Source: Deltaproteobacteria bacterium
GTDB taxonomy: Bacteria > Desulfobacterota > Deferrimicrobia > Deferrimicrobiales > Deferrimicrobiaceae
Assembly (NCBI GenBank): GCA_016234845.1
Contig: JACRNP010000012.1
Location: 478 to 64,477 of the forward strand
Reading direction: 5' to 3'
Length of the DNA stretch: 64,000 nt
Shown: piece by piece, positions 1 through 9,186 of the stretch
Layout: every line of letters begins with the position of its first letter
How positions within the stretch are numbered: the stretch's first letter is position 1
Made by a program: the position numbers and the translations under genes
The notes under the pieces: generated by a model
Told to the model about the DNA's origin: nothing
What the model saw: the letters and a program-made list of their open reading frames with translations, nothing else
Databases searched by the model: none

Positions 1-1647
1 GTTTCCTCGTTCAACGTCTTCCGCTCCCCCCTGTTCCTGGTCCCCGGAGCGCTTCTGCTTCTCAACATGCTGTTCTGCGTCGTCCCGAAGGTCCGGGAGA
101 TGCCGGCGGGGAAGCCGCGGACATGGATCTTCGCCTCCCTGCACCTGGGAATCGTGCTGGTTTCGGCGGGGCTCGCGTGGGACGGCTTGTCCGGATTCGT
201 CGGGACGCAATACTATCCGCTGGGACAGCCGTACGCCGGCCACCGCGACTGGCGCGCGGGATCGGACGGGACGTTCCCGTTCACCGTCGAGGTGGTGAGC
301 GCCGACGTGCGGTATCACCCGATCAACCTGCAGATCGGCGTGAAGGACTCCGCGGGGCGGAAAGTGGGACTGTTCGTCGCGCGGGAAGGCGTCCCGTTCG
401 CCGTGGGGAAGGATGCGATGGTCGTCACCCCGCGGAAGTTCCATGTCGACGGGAAGCGGCTTCTGCTGGAGGCGAGCGTCGGCGGGGAACCGGTTCGGAG
501 CCTCGTTGCCACGGAAGGTGCGCCTGCGACCGTTTCCGGGTACTCGATCGTCCCGGTGGCGTTCCGCGACCCTGAGCCGTCCGAATACATCGCCGCGGTG
601 CGATTCCGGCGCCCGGGTCGTCCTCCGGAGGAGCGGACCCTCCGGATCAACACCCCCGCGACCTTCGAGGGGATCTCCTTCTGCATCGTGTCGATGGACC
701 GCGACCGGTACGGGAACACGATCGTCGGCCTCCAGATGACGCGGGAACCGGGCGCGCCGCTGTTCTGGGCAGGGGCGCTGCTGTTCGGAGCGGCGCTGGC
801 CGGCCAGATGTCGCTGAAGATGAGACGGGTCGCCGCGCTCTCCCCGCTCCTGCTCGCGGCGCTCCTTCCCGCGGTGTCCCACGCTTTCGGCGTCGTGGTC
901 GACCGCGACACGACGTGGAGCGGCGAGGTCCGTGTGACCGAGCCGGTTTCCGTGGAAAAAGGGGCGACGCTGCGCATTCTCCCCGGGACCGTGGTGCTCC
1001 TCTCCGGCGACGACCGGAATCGGGACGGCTGCCCCGACGGCGGGATCCTCGTGTACGGAACGTTGCGGGTCGAAGGGGAGCGCGGCAGGCCGGTCCGCTT
1101 CTCCCGGATCGACCCGGCGAAGCCGTGGGACGAGATCTTCCTGAAGGACGCGAACGCGACGATCGCGCACGCCGTGGTCGAAGGGGCGGGGTGGGGGCTC
1201 CATATCCACGACGGGGACGTTCGCGTGGAGAGGACGGTCCTCCGGGGGAACGGCGGGGGGGCGCGGATGCGGGGGACGGGGGTCACGTTCCTCCGGTGCA
1301 CCGTCTCCGGGAACGGGGTCGGGCTCCGCTTCTGGGAAGGCGGACCCCGCGTGTCCGGTTCCGTCATCGAAGGGAACGGAACCGGCATCTTCTATAGGGA
1401 CGGCGCGGGGGGTGGTAAAATCACCGGAAGCCGGATATCGAACCGGGAGTGGGACGTGAAGGTCGGGGATTGGGCAGCCGGCGACCTCGACCTGTCGGGG
1501 AACTTCTGGGGCGGGGCCGGCTCGCGGGGTTCCCCCCGGGTGCGGGATTACCGCGAGCGGAAGGGACCGGGAAAGGTCGCGCTCGACGCGGAGCTCGCGG
1601 CATCGCCCCGGGATGCCGGGGCGGATGCGCCGGAGGGGATGCGATGA
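1..1647 (+). CDS. Cytochrome c biogenesis protein ResB/CcsB-like (5' end lies outside the window) that reads through, via an extra hydrophobic segment, into a C-terminal parallel beta-helix (NosD/CASH-like) domain
   Basis: Frame 1 is open from nt 1. Two TM segments (LFLVPGALLLLNMLFCVV, WIFASLHLGIVLVSAGLAW) are followed by a roughly 190-aa soluble region with a ResB-like motif LRINTPATFEGISFCIVS and then a last TM, PLFWAGALLFGAALAGQM. There is no stop after it. Instead the frame runs into KMRR-VAALSPLLLAALLPAVSHA-FG, which is either a fifth TM or an internal signal peptide (ATG at 808 and 820). Then comes a beta-helix module beginning TWSGEVRVTEPVSVEKGATLRILPGTVVLL with Gly/Asn-rich turns. The first in-frame stop is at 1645-1647. 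Confidence 0.55.
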   Translation, partial: VSSFNVFRSPLFLVPGALLLLNMLFCVVPKVREMPAGKPRTWIFASLHLGIVLVSAGLAWDGLSGFVGTQYYPLGQPYAGHRDWRAGSDGTFPFTVEVVSADVRYHPINLQIGVKDSAGRKVGLFVAREGVPFAVGKDAMVVTPRKFHVDGKRLLLEASVGGEPVRSLVATEGAPATVSGYSIVPVAFRDPEPSEYIAAVRFRRPGRPPEERTLRINTPATFEGISFCIVSMDRDRYGNTIVGLQMTREPGAPLFWAGALLFGAALAGQMSLKMRRVAALSPLLLAALLPAVSHAFGVVVDRDTTWSGEVRVTEPVSVEKGATLRILPGTVVLLSGDDRNRDGCPDGGILVYGTLRVEGERGRPVRFSRIDPAKPWDEIFLKDANATIAHAVVEGAGWGLHIHDGDVRVERTVLRGNGGGARMRGTGVTFLRCTVSGNGVGLRFWEGGPRVSGSVIEGNGTGIFYRDGAGGGKITGSRISNREWDVKVGDWAAGDLDLSGNFWGGAGSRGSPRVRDYRERKGPGKVALDAELAASPRDAGADAPEGMR

Positions 1648-2582
1648 GCGGGCGGTGCCGGAGCCGCAGGGAGTTCCTGAGAGAAGCGGGGTGCGCGGTC
1701 GGGGCGGCGGTTCTGGGCGCCGGGATTCCGATTCCGGGGTTCGCGGCGTCCGGAAAAAGCGTCGACGTCTCGGTCGCGTCGGCCGGAGATCCCGCCGAAT
1801 GCGCGCGAAGGGCCGTCGCGTCGCTGGGCGGGATGAAGTCGTTCGTCTCCCGGGGGGATATCGTCGTCCTGAAGCCCAACATCGGGTGGGACCGCACGCC
1901 CGAGCAGGCGGCCAACACGCACCCGGAGTTCGTCGTGGCGGTCGCGGAGATGTGCCTGGCGGCCGGGGCGAAGTCGGTCCGCGTCTTCGACCGCACGTGC
2001 AACGAACCCAGGCGCTGCTACGCGAGCAGCGGCATCCAGGCCGCCGTGGAGCGGTTCGCGAAGAAGGCGCGCGCGGAGGACGCGCTGCGCGTGTACCACG
2101 CGGAAGACCGGAAATTCGTCCGGACCGCCATCCCGGGAGCGCTGGTCCTCAAGGAATGGGATCTGCACCGGGACGCGCTCGAGGCGGACCGGATCGTGAA
2201 CCTCCCGATCGCAAAGCACCACACGCTGGCTTCCGCCACCCTGGGGATCAAGAACATGATGGGGATCATGGGCGGGAACCGGGGACAGATCCACAACCGG
2301 CTGTCGGAGTGCCTCGCGGACATCCATCGGAGGGTCCCCGTCCACCTGACCGTGATCGACGCGTGGCGCGTGCTGATGCGGAACGGCCCTTCCGGGGGGA
2401 ACCTCGCGGACGTGAAGGCGTTCGGCAAGGCGATCGCCTCCCGGGACGTGGTCGCGGCCGACGTGGTCGCCGCGGAGAGGATCTTCGGCGTCGAAGTGCA
2501 GGATGTTCCGCACGTCCGGAAGGCGCTGGAGGCGGGGATCGGGATCTCTTCCATCGCGCAGATCCGCCGGATCGAGGGTTGA
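1644..2582 (+). CDS. Tat-signal DUF362 family protein (possible Fe-S/redox protein)
   Basis: The ATG at 1644 overlaps the upstream stop (ATGA). The N-terminus MSGRCRSRREFLREAGCAVGAAVLGAG is a twin-arginine signal. The DUF362-like core is IVVLKPNIGWDRTPEQAANTHPEFVVAVAEMCLAAGA...IAKHHTLASATLGIKNMMG. The longer ORF start at 1449 is Arg/Gly-rich read-through of the upstream gene's other frame. Confidence 0.7.
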   Translation: MSGRCRSRREFLREAGCAVGAAVLGAGIPIPGFAASGKSVDVSVASAGDPAECARRAVASLGGMKSFVSRGDIVVLKPNIGWDRTPEQAANTHPEFVVAVAEMCLAAGAKSVRVFDRTCNEPRRCYASSGIQAAVERFAKKARAEDALRVYHAEDRKFVRTAIPGALVLKEWDLHRDALEADRIVNLPIAKHHTLASATLGIKNMMGIMGGNRGQIHNRLSECLADIHRRVPVHLTVIDAWRVLMRNGPSGGNLADVKAFGKAIASRDVVAADVVAAERIFGVEVQDVPHVRKALEAGIGISSIAQIRRIEG

Positions 2583-5500
2583 CCCCGCGGATCCGACGCG
2601 CCGTCTTCTCCGCGCCGGTCCTTCTCTGGCTGGCGGTTTCGGCGTGCGCGCACGCGCCGGCGGGGCCGGCCCCACCGATGCCGGGCGCCGCCGTCCTTCC
2701 GGTCGCGTACATCGCAGCCGATACGGTCTGGAGCGGCGACGTCCACATCGAAGGCGTCGTGCACGTGCGCAAGGGGGCGACGCTCACCGTCGCTCCCGGG
2801 ACGCGCATACACTTCTCCGCCGCGAAGGGGTCCTCTTCGGAAGAGCACGAAGGGTTCGCGGGCGCAGGCATCCGGGTGGACGGGCGGATCGTCGCCGTCG
2901 GAACCGAAGAGTCCCCGATCGTCTTCACCACCGAGGGAAGGCCGGCCGTCCCCGGTTCCTGGGACAAGATCCTCTTCACGTTCAGCGAGGGGAACCGGTT
3001 CGAGCATTGCGTCCTCGAGGGGGCGCGGTACGCCTTCCATTCCCACTTCTCCGGGATAACCGCGCGCCGGTGCGTTTTCCGGGACAACGAGGAGGGAGTG
3101 CGTCTCGGGTTGTCGCGGGTGCGAATCGAGGATTCGGTCTTCACGCGGAACCGGGTCCGCGGGATCAACTTCCGGGAGTCCCGGAACGAGATCGTCGGGA
3201 ACCTGGTGTACGAAAACGGCGACGGGATCTTCCTCCACTCGAAGAGCTCCGGTTCGACGATCCGCGGAAACGCGATCTACTCGAACCGCGGATTCAACCT
3301 GCGCCTCGGCGACCTGCACGCCGACGACGCCGACGTTTCCGGGAACTGGTGGGGGACAGCCTTCGAGGCGGACATCCGGAGCACGATCCACGACGGCGCC
3401 GCGACCCCCGGCACGGGGACCGTCCGGCTCGCGCCGATCCTCCTTCTCCCTCCCGCGACCCGTGGAGCGATCCGGGGGGTGTTCACGAGAAACCTGGTTC
3501 CGGTGGCGGGCGCGGAGGTCCGCGCATACGGTTCGGTCGCACGGGGGTTCTGGGGGGAGCTCCCGATCGCCTCCTCCCGTACCGACGAATCGGGGTACTT
3601 CCGGCTGCCGGTGCCGCCCGGGCGGTACTTCGTCGTCGGGAAGGCGGTCTCCCCGGGAGGGCGCCTGTTCGCTTTCCCGGGCCGGAACCCGATCGCAGTC
3701 GCCCTCGATGAAACGGCGGAGGTCGGGTTGCCGGCCGTCCTGCAGCCGCCGTCGAGCGCCCCTTCGGTGAAGGAGGCGCCCCGCTCCTCGATCGCGGCCA
3801 GGGCGACCATCGATGGGAGACCGGCCGCCGGCGTCTCGGTCCACGCCACCCGCCCCGACCGCCCGGATTTCCGGGGGCCCGGGGAGGCGTCGGCCGTGAC
3901 GAACGCGGAAGGGGTGGCGATCCTTTACCTTCCTCCGGGGAAATATCTCCTCTCCGCGAAGAAACGGACGACCGGGGCGGCGTTCGGGATGGTGGACGAA
4001 GGGGGGCTCTTCGGCGTGTACCCGGACTCCCCGGTCGATCTGTCCGCGGGCCGCGCGGTCGCGGTGGAGATCCCGCTGTTCGAGAAGGTCGGCCTGCTCG
4101 GCGCGTCCTCCGACCGTGAAGAGGGCGGTCTCCGTGATCCCGGTCGGGACGTGTCGAAGGCGGTGGCGGAGGGCGCAACCCGCGCAAGGAGGCCGGCGGC
4201 GGAATTTCCGCCGGGGACGATCGGCGGTTTTCTCTCGGGGAAGATCACCTTGTCGGGACGCGTCGAAGTGACGGAGGATCTCCTCCTCCTCCCGGGCGCG
4301 GAGCTGTCGCTTTCCCCCGGGGCCGAGCTGCGGTTCTCGAAGAGCGAATCGACCAAGGTGGACCCGGAGTTCTACCTCGGGGGGACGGAACTGGTGGTCC
4401 GCGGCACGCTGCGCGCGGAAGGAGCCCGGTTCGTCTTCCCCGACCGGACCGGCGGGGTGGTGGTCGACGGCGGGAGGGCCGAACTTGCGGATGTCGCGAT
4501 CTCCGGCGCCGAGGCGGGGCTCACGATCCTGGGGGGCGGGTCCGCGGCCTTCCACGGAACCGTCGCGGTCGAAAATTGCCGAACCGGCGTTGCGCTCTTT
4601 CCGGCACAGGGCGTCGGGTGGGAGGGGAACGGCACCGTCACGGCCAGGGGAAACGCGGTCGGGGCGGTACGGTTTCCCGGAGCCCCCGCGCTGCCGGCGG
4701 GTTTTCGGGCGGAGGAGAGCGAGGAGGCCGACGTGATCGCGTGGGCGACGCCACCCGGGGACCGGCGTGAAACAGGATCCGCGCCTCCCGCGCCGTCGCG
4801 GGGCGCCCGCAGGATCGTCGACACCTTCCTTGAAACGGATCGCACCCTGGAAGGCGACGTCGTGATCGACGGGATCGTCCGGGTCGCGCCCGGCGCCACC
4901 CTGACGCTTCTCCCGGGGACCCGCCTCTTCTTCACATTCCGGGACACCGACGGCGACGGGATCGGGGAGAACGGGATCTTCCTGCAGGGGAACCTCCGCG
5001 CCCGGGGGACGGCCGATCGGCCGATCGGGTTCCACCCGGAGGCGGGGCGCGGCCCGGGACGCTGGGACTCCATCAATTTCATGGCGAGCGACCGCGGGGA
5101 GAACGTCCTCGAGCACGTCGAGATCGTCGGGGCGTACCGAGGGCTCCACGCCCACTTCAGCCGGCTCGAGGGGAGGTTCGTCCGGATCGCGGAGTGCAAC
5201 CGGGGCGTGCAGTTCCAGGAGTCGGAAGTGTCCTTCATGCACCTTCGCATCGCCTCCTCTTCGAGCGCCGTCCGGTGCCGCGACTCCGAAGTCCGGATCG
5301 ACGGGTTCGAGGCGAGCGACACCGTCTCGGGGGGGAACTTCTTCCGCAGCCGGGTTTCCCTCTCCGGGGTCCGGACCGATCGCTCCGGGTGGTACGGTTT
5401 CCGGTTCCGCGAGAGCCGGGTGGATCTCCGGGACGGCGGTGTGGCCGGATCCCTGGTCGGCGTGTCGATCCAGGAAGGGGAGATTTCCGCGGAAGGGATG

Positions 5501-5788
5501 GAGTTCGTCGGAAACGGGCTGGCCGCCGTGGGTGTGCTGGATGGGGATGTTAAACTGGAGGGATGCGCCCTGAACGACAGCCGCGTCGACGGGATCGGGG
5601 CGACGCGGGGGAAGATATCGGTCCGGGGCGGGGAGATCGCGCGGTACGGCCGGCACGCCGTCAAGCTGGGCGGTCCGGCGGAGGTGGCGTTGCGGGGAAC
5701 GAAGGTGTCGGGGGGAGCGGGCGCATCCCCCGTGATGTATTACGACGGGCGCGCGTCCGCGGGGCTCGGGACGGTTCGCGTTGAGTAG
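2579..5788 (+). CDS. Large lipoprotein with three parallel beta-helix (NosD/CASH-like) modules and a carboxypeptidase-regulatory-like beta-sandwich
   Basis: The TTG at 2579 overlaps the upstream TGA (TTGA). The N-terminus M/LTPRIRRAVFSAPVLLWLAVSAC is a lipoprotein signal with a VSAC lipobox. The motif TVWSGDVHIEGVVHVRKGATLTVAPGTRIHFS recurs at about aa 60, 560 and 750 (DRTLEGDVVIDGIVRVAPGATLTLLPGTRLFFTF) and also in the beta-helix domain of the 1..1647 gene. A CarbopepD_reg-like segment is RGVFTRNLVPVAGAEVRAYGS...GYFRLPVPPGRYFVV. The ORF-track start at 1613 is a spurious N-terminal extension. Confidence 0.7.
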   Translation: MTPRIRRAVFSAPVLLWLAVSACAHAPAGPAPPMPGAAVLPVAYIAADTVWSGDVHIEGVVHVRKGATLTVAPGTRIHFSAAKGSSSEEHEGFAGAGIRVDGRIVAVGTEESPIVFTTEGRPAVPGSWDKILFTFSEGNRFEHCVLEGARYAFHSHFSGITARRCVFRDNEEGVRLGLSRVRIEDSVFTRNRVRGINFRESRNEIVGNLVYENGDGIFLHSKSSGSTIRGNAIYSNRGFNLRLGDLHADDADVSGNWWGTAFEADIRSTIHDGAATPGTGTVRLAPILLLPPATRGAIRGVFTRNLVPVAGAEVRAYGSVARGFWGELPIASSRTDESGYFRLPVPPGRYFVVGKAVSPGGRLFAFPGRNPIAVALDETAEVGLPAVLQPPSSAPSVKEAPRSSIAARATIDGRPAAGVSVHATRPDRPDFRGPGEASAVTNAEGVAILYLPPGKYLLSAKKRTTGAAFGMVDEGGLFGVYPDSPVDLSAGRAVAVEIPLFEKVGLLGASSDREEGGLRDPGRDVSKAVAEGATRARRPAAEFPPGTIGGFLSGKITLSGRVEVTEDLLLLPGAELSLSPGAELRFSKSESTKVDPEFYLGGTELVVRGTLRAEGARFVFPDRTGGVVVDGGRAELADVAISGAEAGLTILGGGSAAFHGTVAVENCRTGVALFPAQGVGWEGNGTVTARGNAVGAVRFPGAPALPAGFRAEESEEADVIAWATPPGDRRETGSAPPAPSRGARRIVDTFLETDRTLEGDVVIDGIVRVAPGATLTLLPGTRLFFTFRDTDGDGIGENGIFLQGNLRARGTADRPIGFHPEAGRGPGRWDSINFMASDRGENVLEHVEIVGAYRGLHAHFSRLEGRFVRIAECNRGVQFQESEVSFMHLRIASSSSAVRCRDSEVRIDGFEASDTVSGGNFFRSRVSLSGVRTDRSGWYGFRFRESRVDLRDGGVAGSLVGVSIQEGEISAEGMEFVGNGLAAVGVLDGDVKLEGCALNDSRVDGIGATRGKISVRGGEIARYGRHAVKLGGPAEVALRGTKVSGGAGASPVMYYDGRASAGLGTVRVE

Positions 5789-6689
5789 AACGACCCGGGT
5801 CGTCTTCCTCCTGCTCCTGGCGGGTACCGCCGCGGTGATCCTCAATGCCGTTTTCCGCCCGCCGAAGGCGCCGCTGCGCGTCGCGTTCCAGGTGTGCAAC
5901 TCGATCGAGGAGAACCGGGAGCGGTTCGAACCGCTGGTCGCGTACCTCGAGACGACGCTGGGACGGAAGGTGATCGCGAGCCACGTCAACACGTTCGACT
6001 TCGTGGAGCGCGCGCAACGCAAGGAGTTCGATGTTCTCCAGGCGAACGGATACATCTACGTCACCGTAAAGGAGAAGGGCGGCGCGACGCTCCTGGCCCG
6101 GGAGGTCAAGCGGGACACGGGGAAGGACACCGGGGGGCTGATCGTGGTCCGCGCCGATTCGCCGGTCCGGGCGCTTGCGGATCTGAAGGGGAGGAAGATG
6201 GCGTTCGGCCCCGTGCTGTCGCCCGGCGGGTACCTGGCCCAGTACCACGCGATGCTGTCGGCGGCGCTGGACCCGGAGAAGGTCCTCGGGAGCTACACGT
6301 TCCTGCCCGGGGCGTGGCAGCACGAGAAGGTGGTGTACTCGATCCTGTACGGGGCGGTGGACGCGGGGGCCGTCAAGGTGGGCGACATCGAACGGATGGA
6401 GGCGGAAGGGAAAGTGCGGAAGGCGGACTTCCGGGTGATCGCGGCGTCGGAACCGGTTCCAAACTGCACCTTCTTCGCACTACCCCATGTGGACGCGGAG
6501 ACGGGAACGCGGGTTCGGGAGGCGCTCCTTCGGCTGTCCGAAAACGATTTCGCTGCAGTAAACGGGGAGCGTCTCAACGTATTGAAGAGGGACGGGACGA
6601 GAGGGTACGTTCCGGCGGCCGACGGGGAGTTCGACGTGTTGCGGAAGATGGCGCGGGCCGCGAACCTCCCGCCATACGAAAAATATTAG
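5781..6689 (+). CDS. PhnD/SsuA-like periplasmic substrate-binding protein (phosphonate/phosphite ABC-type binding-protein family), orphan
   Basis: The start overlaps the upstream stop. It has an N-terminal TM/signal (VVFLLLLAGTAAVIL). The family motif is LRVAFQVCNSIEENRERFEPLVAYLETTLGRKVIASHVNTFDFVERAQRKEFDVLQANGYIYV. No ABC permease or ATPase lies adjacent. Confidence 0.65.
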   Translation: MSRTTRVVFLLLLAGTAAVILNAVFRPPKAPLRVAFQVCNSIEENRERFEPLVAYLETTLGRKVIASHVNTFDFVERAQRKEFDVLQANGYIYVTVKEKGGATLLAREVKRDTGKDTGGLIVVRADSPVRALADLKGRKMAFGPVLSPGGYLAQYHAMLSAALDPEKVLGSYTFLPGAWQHEKVVYSILYGAVDAGAVKVGDIERMEAEGKVRKADFRVIAASEPVPNCTFFALPHVDAETGTRVREALLRLSENDFAAVNGERLNVLKRDGTRGYVPAADGEFDVLRKMARAANLPPYEKY

Positions 6690-6704
6690 AGGGAACGGAG
6701 CCGG

Positions 6705-7109
6705 ATGGAGACGATCTCGGGCAAGCCGCTGACCGTGCTGGCCGTACTCCTCGCCGGGGTGTCGATCGCCGGCGTCTTCGGGGTGGCGATTTCCGGAGGG
6801 ATCGAGGTTCCGGGGCGGACGCCCCGCGGGGACGTCGCCGCGGAAGGGAACGGCCCGGAGAGGGCGGCGGCCGAAGTGGCGCTCGCCCGCTCGGCGGAAC
6901 AGTCCGGGAACGTGGCGGACGCGCTGGCGCACTACCGGGCGGCGGCGCTCCTCGATCCCCGCGTCGTGGATCCGCGGTCGCCGCTCTTCCTCGGCCCCGG
7001 ATTCGAGGCGCGCCTGAAAAAGTGGGTCGGGGGGCAGAAAACGGGCGGCGCCCAGGCCCGCTCCGACGCGGCGTACCTTTTCCGCCGGATGTACGGGGGG
7101 TGCGGGTGA
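6705..7109 (+). CDS. Hypothetical membrane-anchored protein (134 aa)
   Basis: It follows a 15-nt gap after the previous gene. It has an N-terminal TM (LTVLAVLLAGVSIAGVFGVAI) and an Ala/Arg-rich soluble part. Its stop overlaps the next start (GTGA). Confidence 0.45.
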   Translation: METISGKPLTVLAVLLAGVSIAGVFGVAISGGIEVPGRTPRGDVAAEGNGPERAAAEVALARSAEQSGNVADALAHYRAAALLDPRVVDPRSPLFLGPGFEARLKKWVGGQKTGGAQARSDAAYLFRRMYGGCG

Positions 7110-8176
7110 ACCTTCGGCGGATCCTCTACCCGGAGTCTGCCGGGGCGCTCGCCCTGTACGGAGGGGTGTTCGGGGCGGTCGCCGTCCTGCTCGTCAGGCT
7201 GGGAAACCCGGCGGGAACGGGCCTTTGCGCCTCCTGTTTCCTCGTGAACGTCGCCGGCGCGCTCCACCTCCACGCGAAGGAGTCCCAGAGTTACCTGCGC
7301 CCCGAGATCCTCGGGATCGTCCTCGGCGCATTCTTCGCGGCGTTCGCCGGCGGGGAGTTCCGCGCGAGGGGCGGCGGATCGGCGATCCCCCGGTTCCTCG
7401 GGGGGGCGTTCCTCATCTTCGGGTGCGAAGTGTTCCTCGGTTGCCCGATCAAGGCGCTGCTCCGGACCGCCGGGGGCGGCGCGACGGGCGCCGTCGGTCT
7501 TGCCGGACTCGTGGCGGGGGTGCTTTTCGCCGCGCTCTACGTGCGCGACGGATTCGCTCTCCCGGAAGCGCGGCAATTGCCGGAAGGCGCGGGGCTCGCG
7601 CTGCCGACGGCGGCGTTCCTCCTGCTGCTGGCGGGAGCGACGGGCGCGGAAGCGCTCGCCGCCCCGGGATTCCCCGGGGGGGCGCGCCACGCTCCGTTCG
7701 CGGTTTCCGCGGCGGCAGGCCTGTTTTTCGGCGCGGCGGGGCAACGGTCCCGGTTCTGCGTGACGGGAAGCGTCCGCACGGCGTTCCTCGCCCGCGACTT
7801 CCGCGAAGCCGCCGGGACGCTGTCGTTTCTCCTGGCCGCCCTGCTCCTCGCCGCGTTGTCCGGCTCCTTCACCCCGACGCTTTCGCTGGAGCCGGGTGCG
7901 CACACCGACCTGGTCTGGGCGTTCCTGTCCCTTGCGATGGTGGGATTCGGCGCGATCCTGATCGGCGGGTGCCCGTTCCGGCAGATCGTGCTGGCATCCT
8001 CTGGGGAGATGGACGCCGCGGCGGCGGTCGTCGGCATGCTCCTGGCCGCCGGGCTCTCCGTCCGCCTCGGGATCGGCTCCTCTCCGGCGGGCGTGACCGG
8101 CGCGGGGAAGGCGGCGGTCCTCCTCGGTTTCGCCTTCTTCCTCCTCCTCGCCGCATGGAAGCGGAGGAGGGAGTAA
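7106..8176 (+). CDS. YeeE/YedE family transporter (sulfur/selenium-compound transport family)
   Basis: The GTG at 7106 overlaps the upstream stop. The protein is polytopic and has the internally duplicated Cys-containing loops typical of this family (CASCFLVNVAG, FGCEVFLGCPIKAL, IGGCPFRQIV). The 760-aa ORF in the track (5894..8176) is a false 5' extension running through the previous two genes in another frame. Confidence 0.7.
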   Translation: MNLRRILYPESAGALALYGGVFGAVAVLLVRLGNPAGTGLCASCFLVNVAGALHLHAKESQSYLRPEILGIVLGAFFAAFAGGEFRARGGGSAIPRFLGGAFLIFGCEVFLGCPIKALLRTAGGGATGAVGLAGLVAGVLFAALYVRDGFALPEARQLPEGAGLALPTAAFLLLLAGATGAEALAAPGFPGGARHAPFAVSAAAGLFFGAAGQRSRFCVTGSVRTAFLARDFREAAGTLSFLLAALLLAALSGSFTPTLSLEPGAHTDLVWAFLSLAMVGFGAILIGGCPFRQIVLASSGEMDAAAAVVGMLLAAGLSVRLGIGSSPAGVTGAGKAAVLLGFAFFLLLAAWKRRRE

Positions 8177-8179
8177 GGG

Positions 8180-9175
8180 ATGGCCACGGCGGTCGTTCTC
8201 GCGAGGATGTTCCTGGAAGAGGTGTGGCACGTGCTGCCGTACTTCTTGATCGGGGTGTTCCTGGGAGCGGTCATCCGTACCTTCCGCCTCCACGTCCGCA
8301 TGCGGGACAAGCTGGGCCGATTCGGTGGGCTCGCGGTCCCGGCCGCCATCCTGATCGGCACGATCAGCCCGTTGTGCTCCTGCGGGTCGATCCCCCTGTT
8401 CGTCTCGCTGCTCTCCTCGGGAGTCCCGCTGGCGCCGGCGCTGACGCTCCTGCTGGTGTCGCCGCTGATGAGCCCGAGCGGGTACGCGATCACCGCGTGG
8501 GAGCTCGGCCCCGCGTGGGCGAACCTGAAGCTGTTCTCGGCGCTCTTCATGGGATGCTTCGCGGGCGGCATCACGCTCCTGCTCGAGCGGCGCGGCTTCT
8601 TCGGGAACCCCGGGGTGCTGCGGACGGAGTACGGGAAGGTCGACATCCACGCGCCCGATTGCCCGGGGGAGCTGTCGTGCCGCTGCGGCGACCAGTGGAG
8701 CAACCGGCTGGCCCGGAAAGGACACGGCACGGCGGTCGTCTTCCTCGCCAAGGCGTGGGAGCTCACCGTGACGACCGGGAAGTTCACGCTGATCGGGGTG
8801 GCCGCCGCGGTCCTGGCGGAGCGGTTCATACCGCGGGAGTGGATCGCCGGGCACCTCGGGACCGGGTCGCCGGCCAACGTGGTGACGGTCACGCTCCTCG
8901 CCGTTCCGCTGCACGTGAACGAGATCACCGCCGCCGCCATCCTCTACAGCCTCCTGGGGCTGGGGCTGGCGAAGGGGCCGGCGCTCGCCTTCCTGATCGG
9001 AGGCCCGGCGACGTCGATCCCGGCGATGTCGGTGCTTTTGACCATGTGCCGCCGCCGGGTGGTGGGGGTGTTCCTCGGGCTGTGCCTCGCGGGCACGCTG
9101 ATCCTGTCGCTGTCGTTCCAGGCGGCGATCGACCGGTTCCCCGCGTTTTCCACGCTCTTCGACTACGTGAAGTAG
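8180..9175 (+). CDS. DUF318/ArsP-like permease with CSCG motif
   Basis: The ATG sits 4 nt after the upstream stop. Membrane motifs are GTISPLCSCGSIPLFVSLL (compare the ArsP TPFCSCS motif) and a second half-repeat ending LIGGPATSIPAMSVLL. It also has a Cys-rich loop PDCPGELSCRCGD. Confidence 0.7.
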   Translation: MATAVVLARMFLEEVWHVLPYFLIGVFLGAVIRTFRLHVRMRDKLGRFGGLAVPAAILIGTISPLCSCGSIPLFVSLLSSGVPLAPALTLLLVSPLMSPSGYAITAWELGPAWANLKLFSALFMGCFAGGITLLLERRGFFGNPGVLRTEYGKVDIHAPDCPGELSCRCGDQWSNRLARKGHGTAVVFLAKAWELTVTTGKFTLIGVAAAVLAERFIPREWIAGHLGTGSPANVVTVTLLAVPLHVNEITAAAILYSLLGLGLAKGPALAFLIGGPATSIPAMSVLLTMCRRRVVGVFLGLCLAGTLILSLSFQAAIDRFPAFSTLFDYVK

Positions 9176-9186
9176 GGAGGTTTCCG

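Noticed and set aside
1613-2578. N-terminal 320-aa extension of the beta-helix lipoprotein ORF (1613..5788)
   Set aside because: It overlaps the DUF362 gene in another frame and is Arg/Gly-rich. A TTG with a perfect lipoprotein signal begins at 2579, overlapping the DUF362 stop.
5894-8176. 760-aa + ORF treated as one gene
   Set aside because: Only the last 356 aa (from the GTG at 7106) have membrane-protein character with YeeE/YedE motifs. The upstream 400 aa overlap the PhnD-like and small-protein genes in another frame and are Arg/Gly-rich nonsense.
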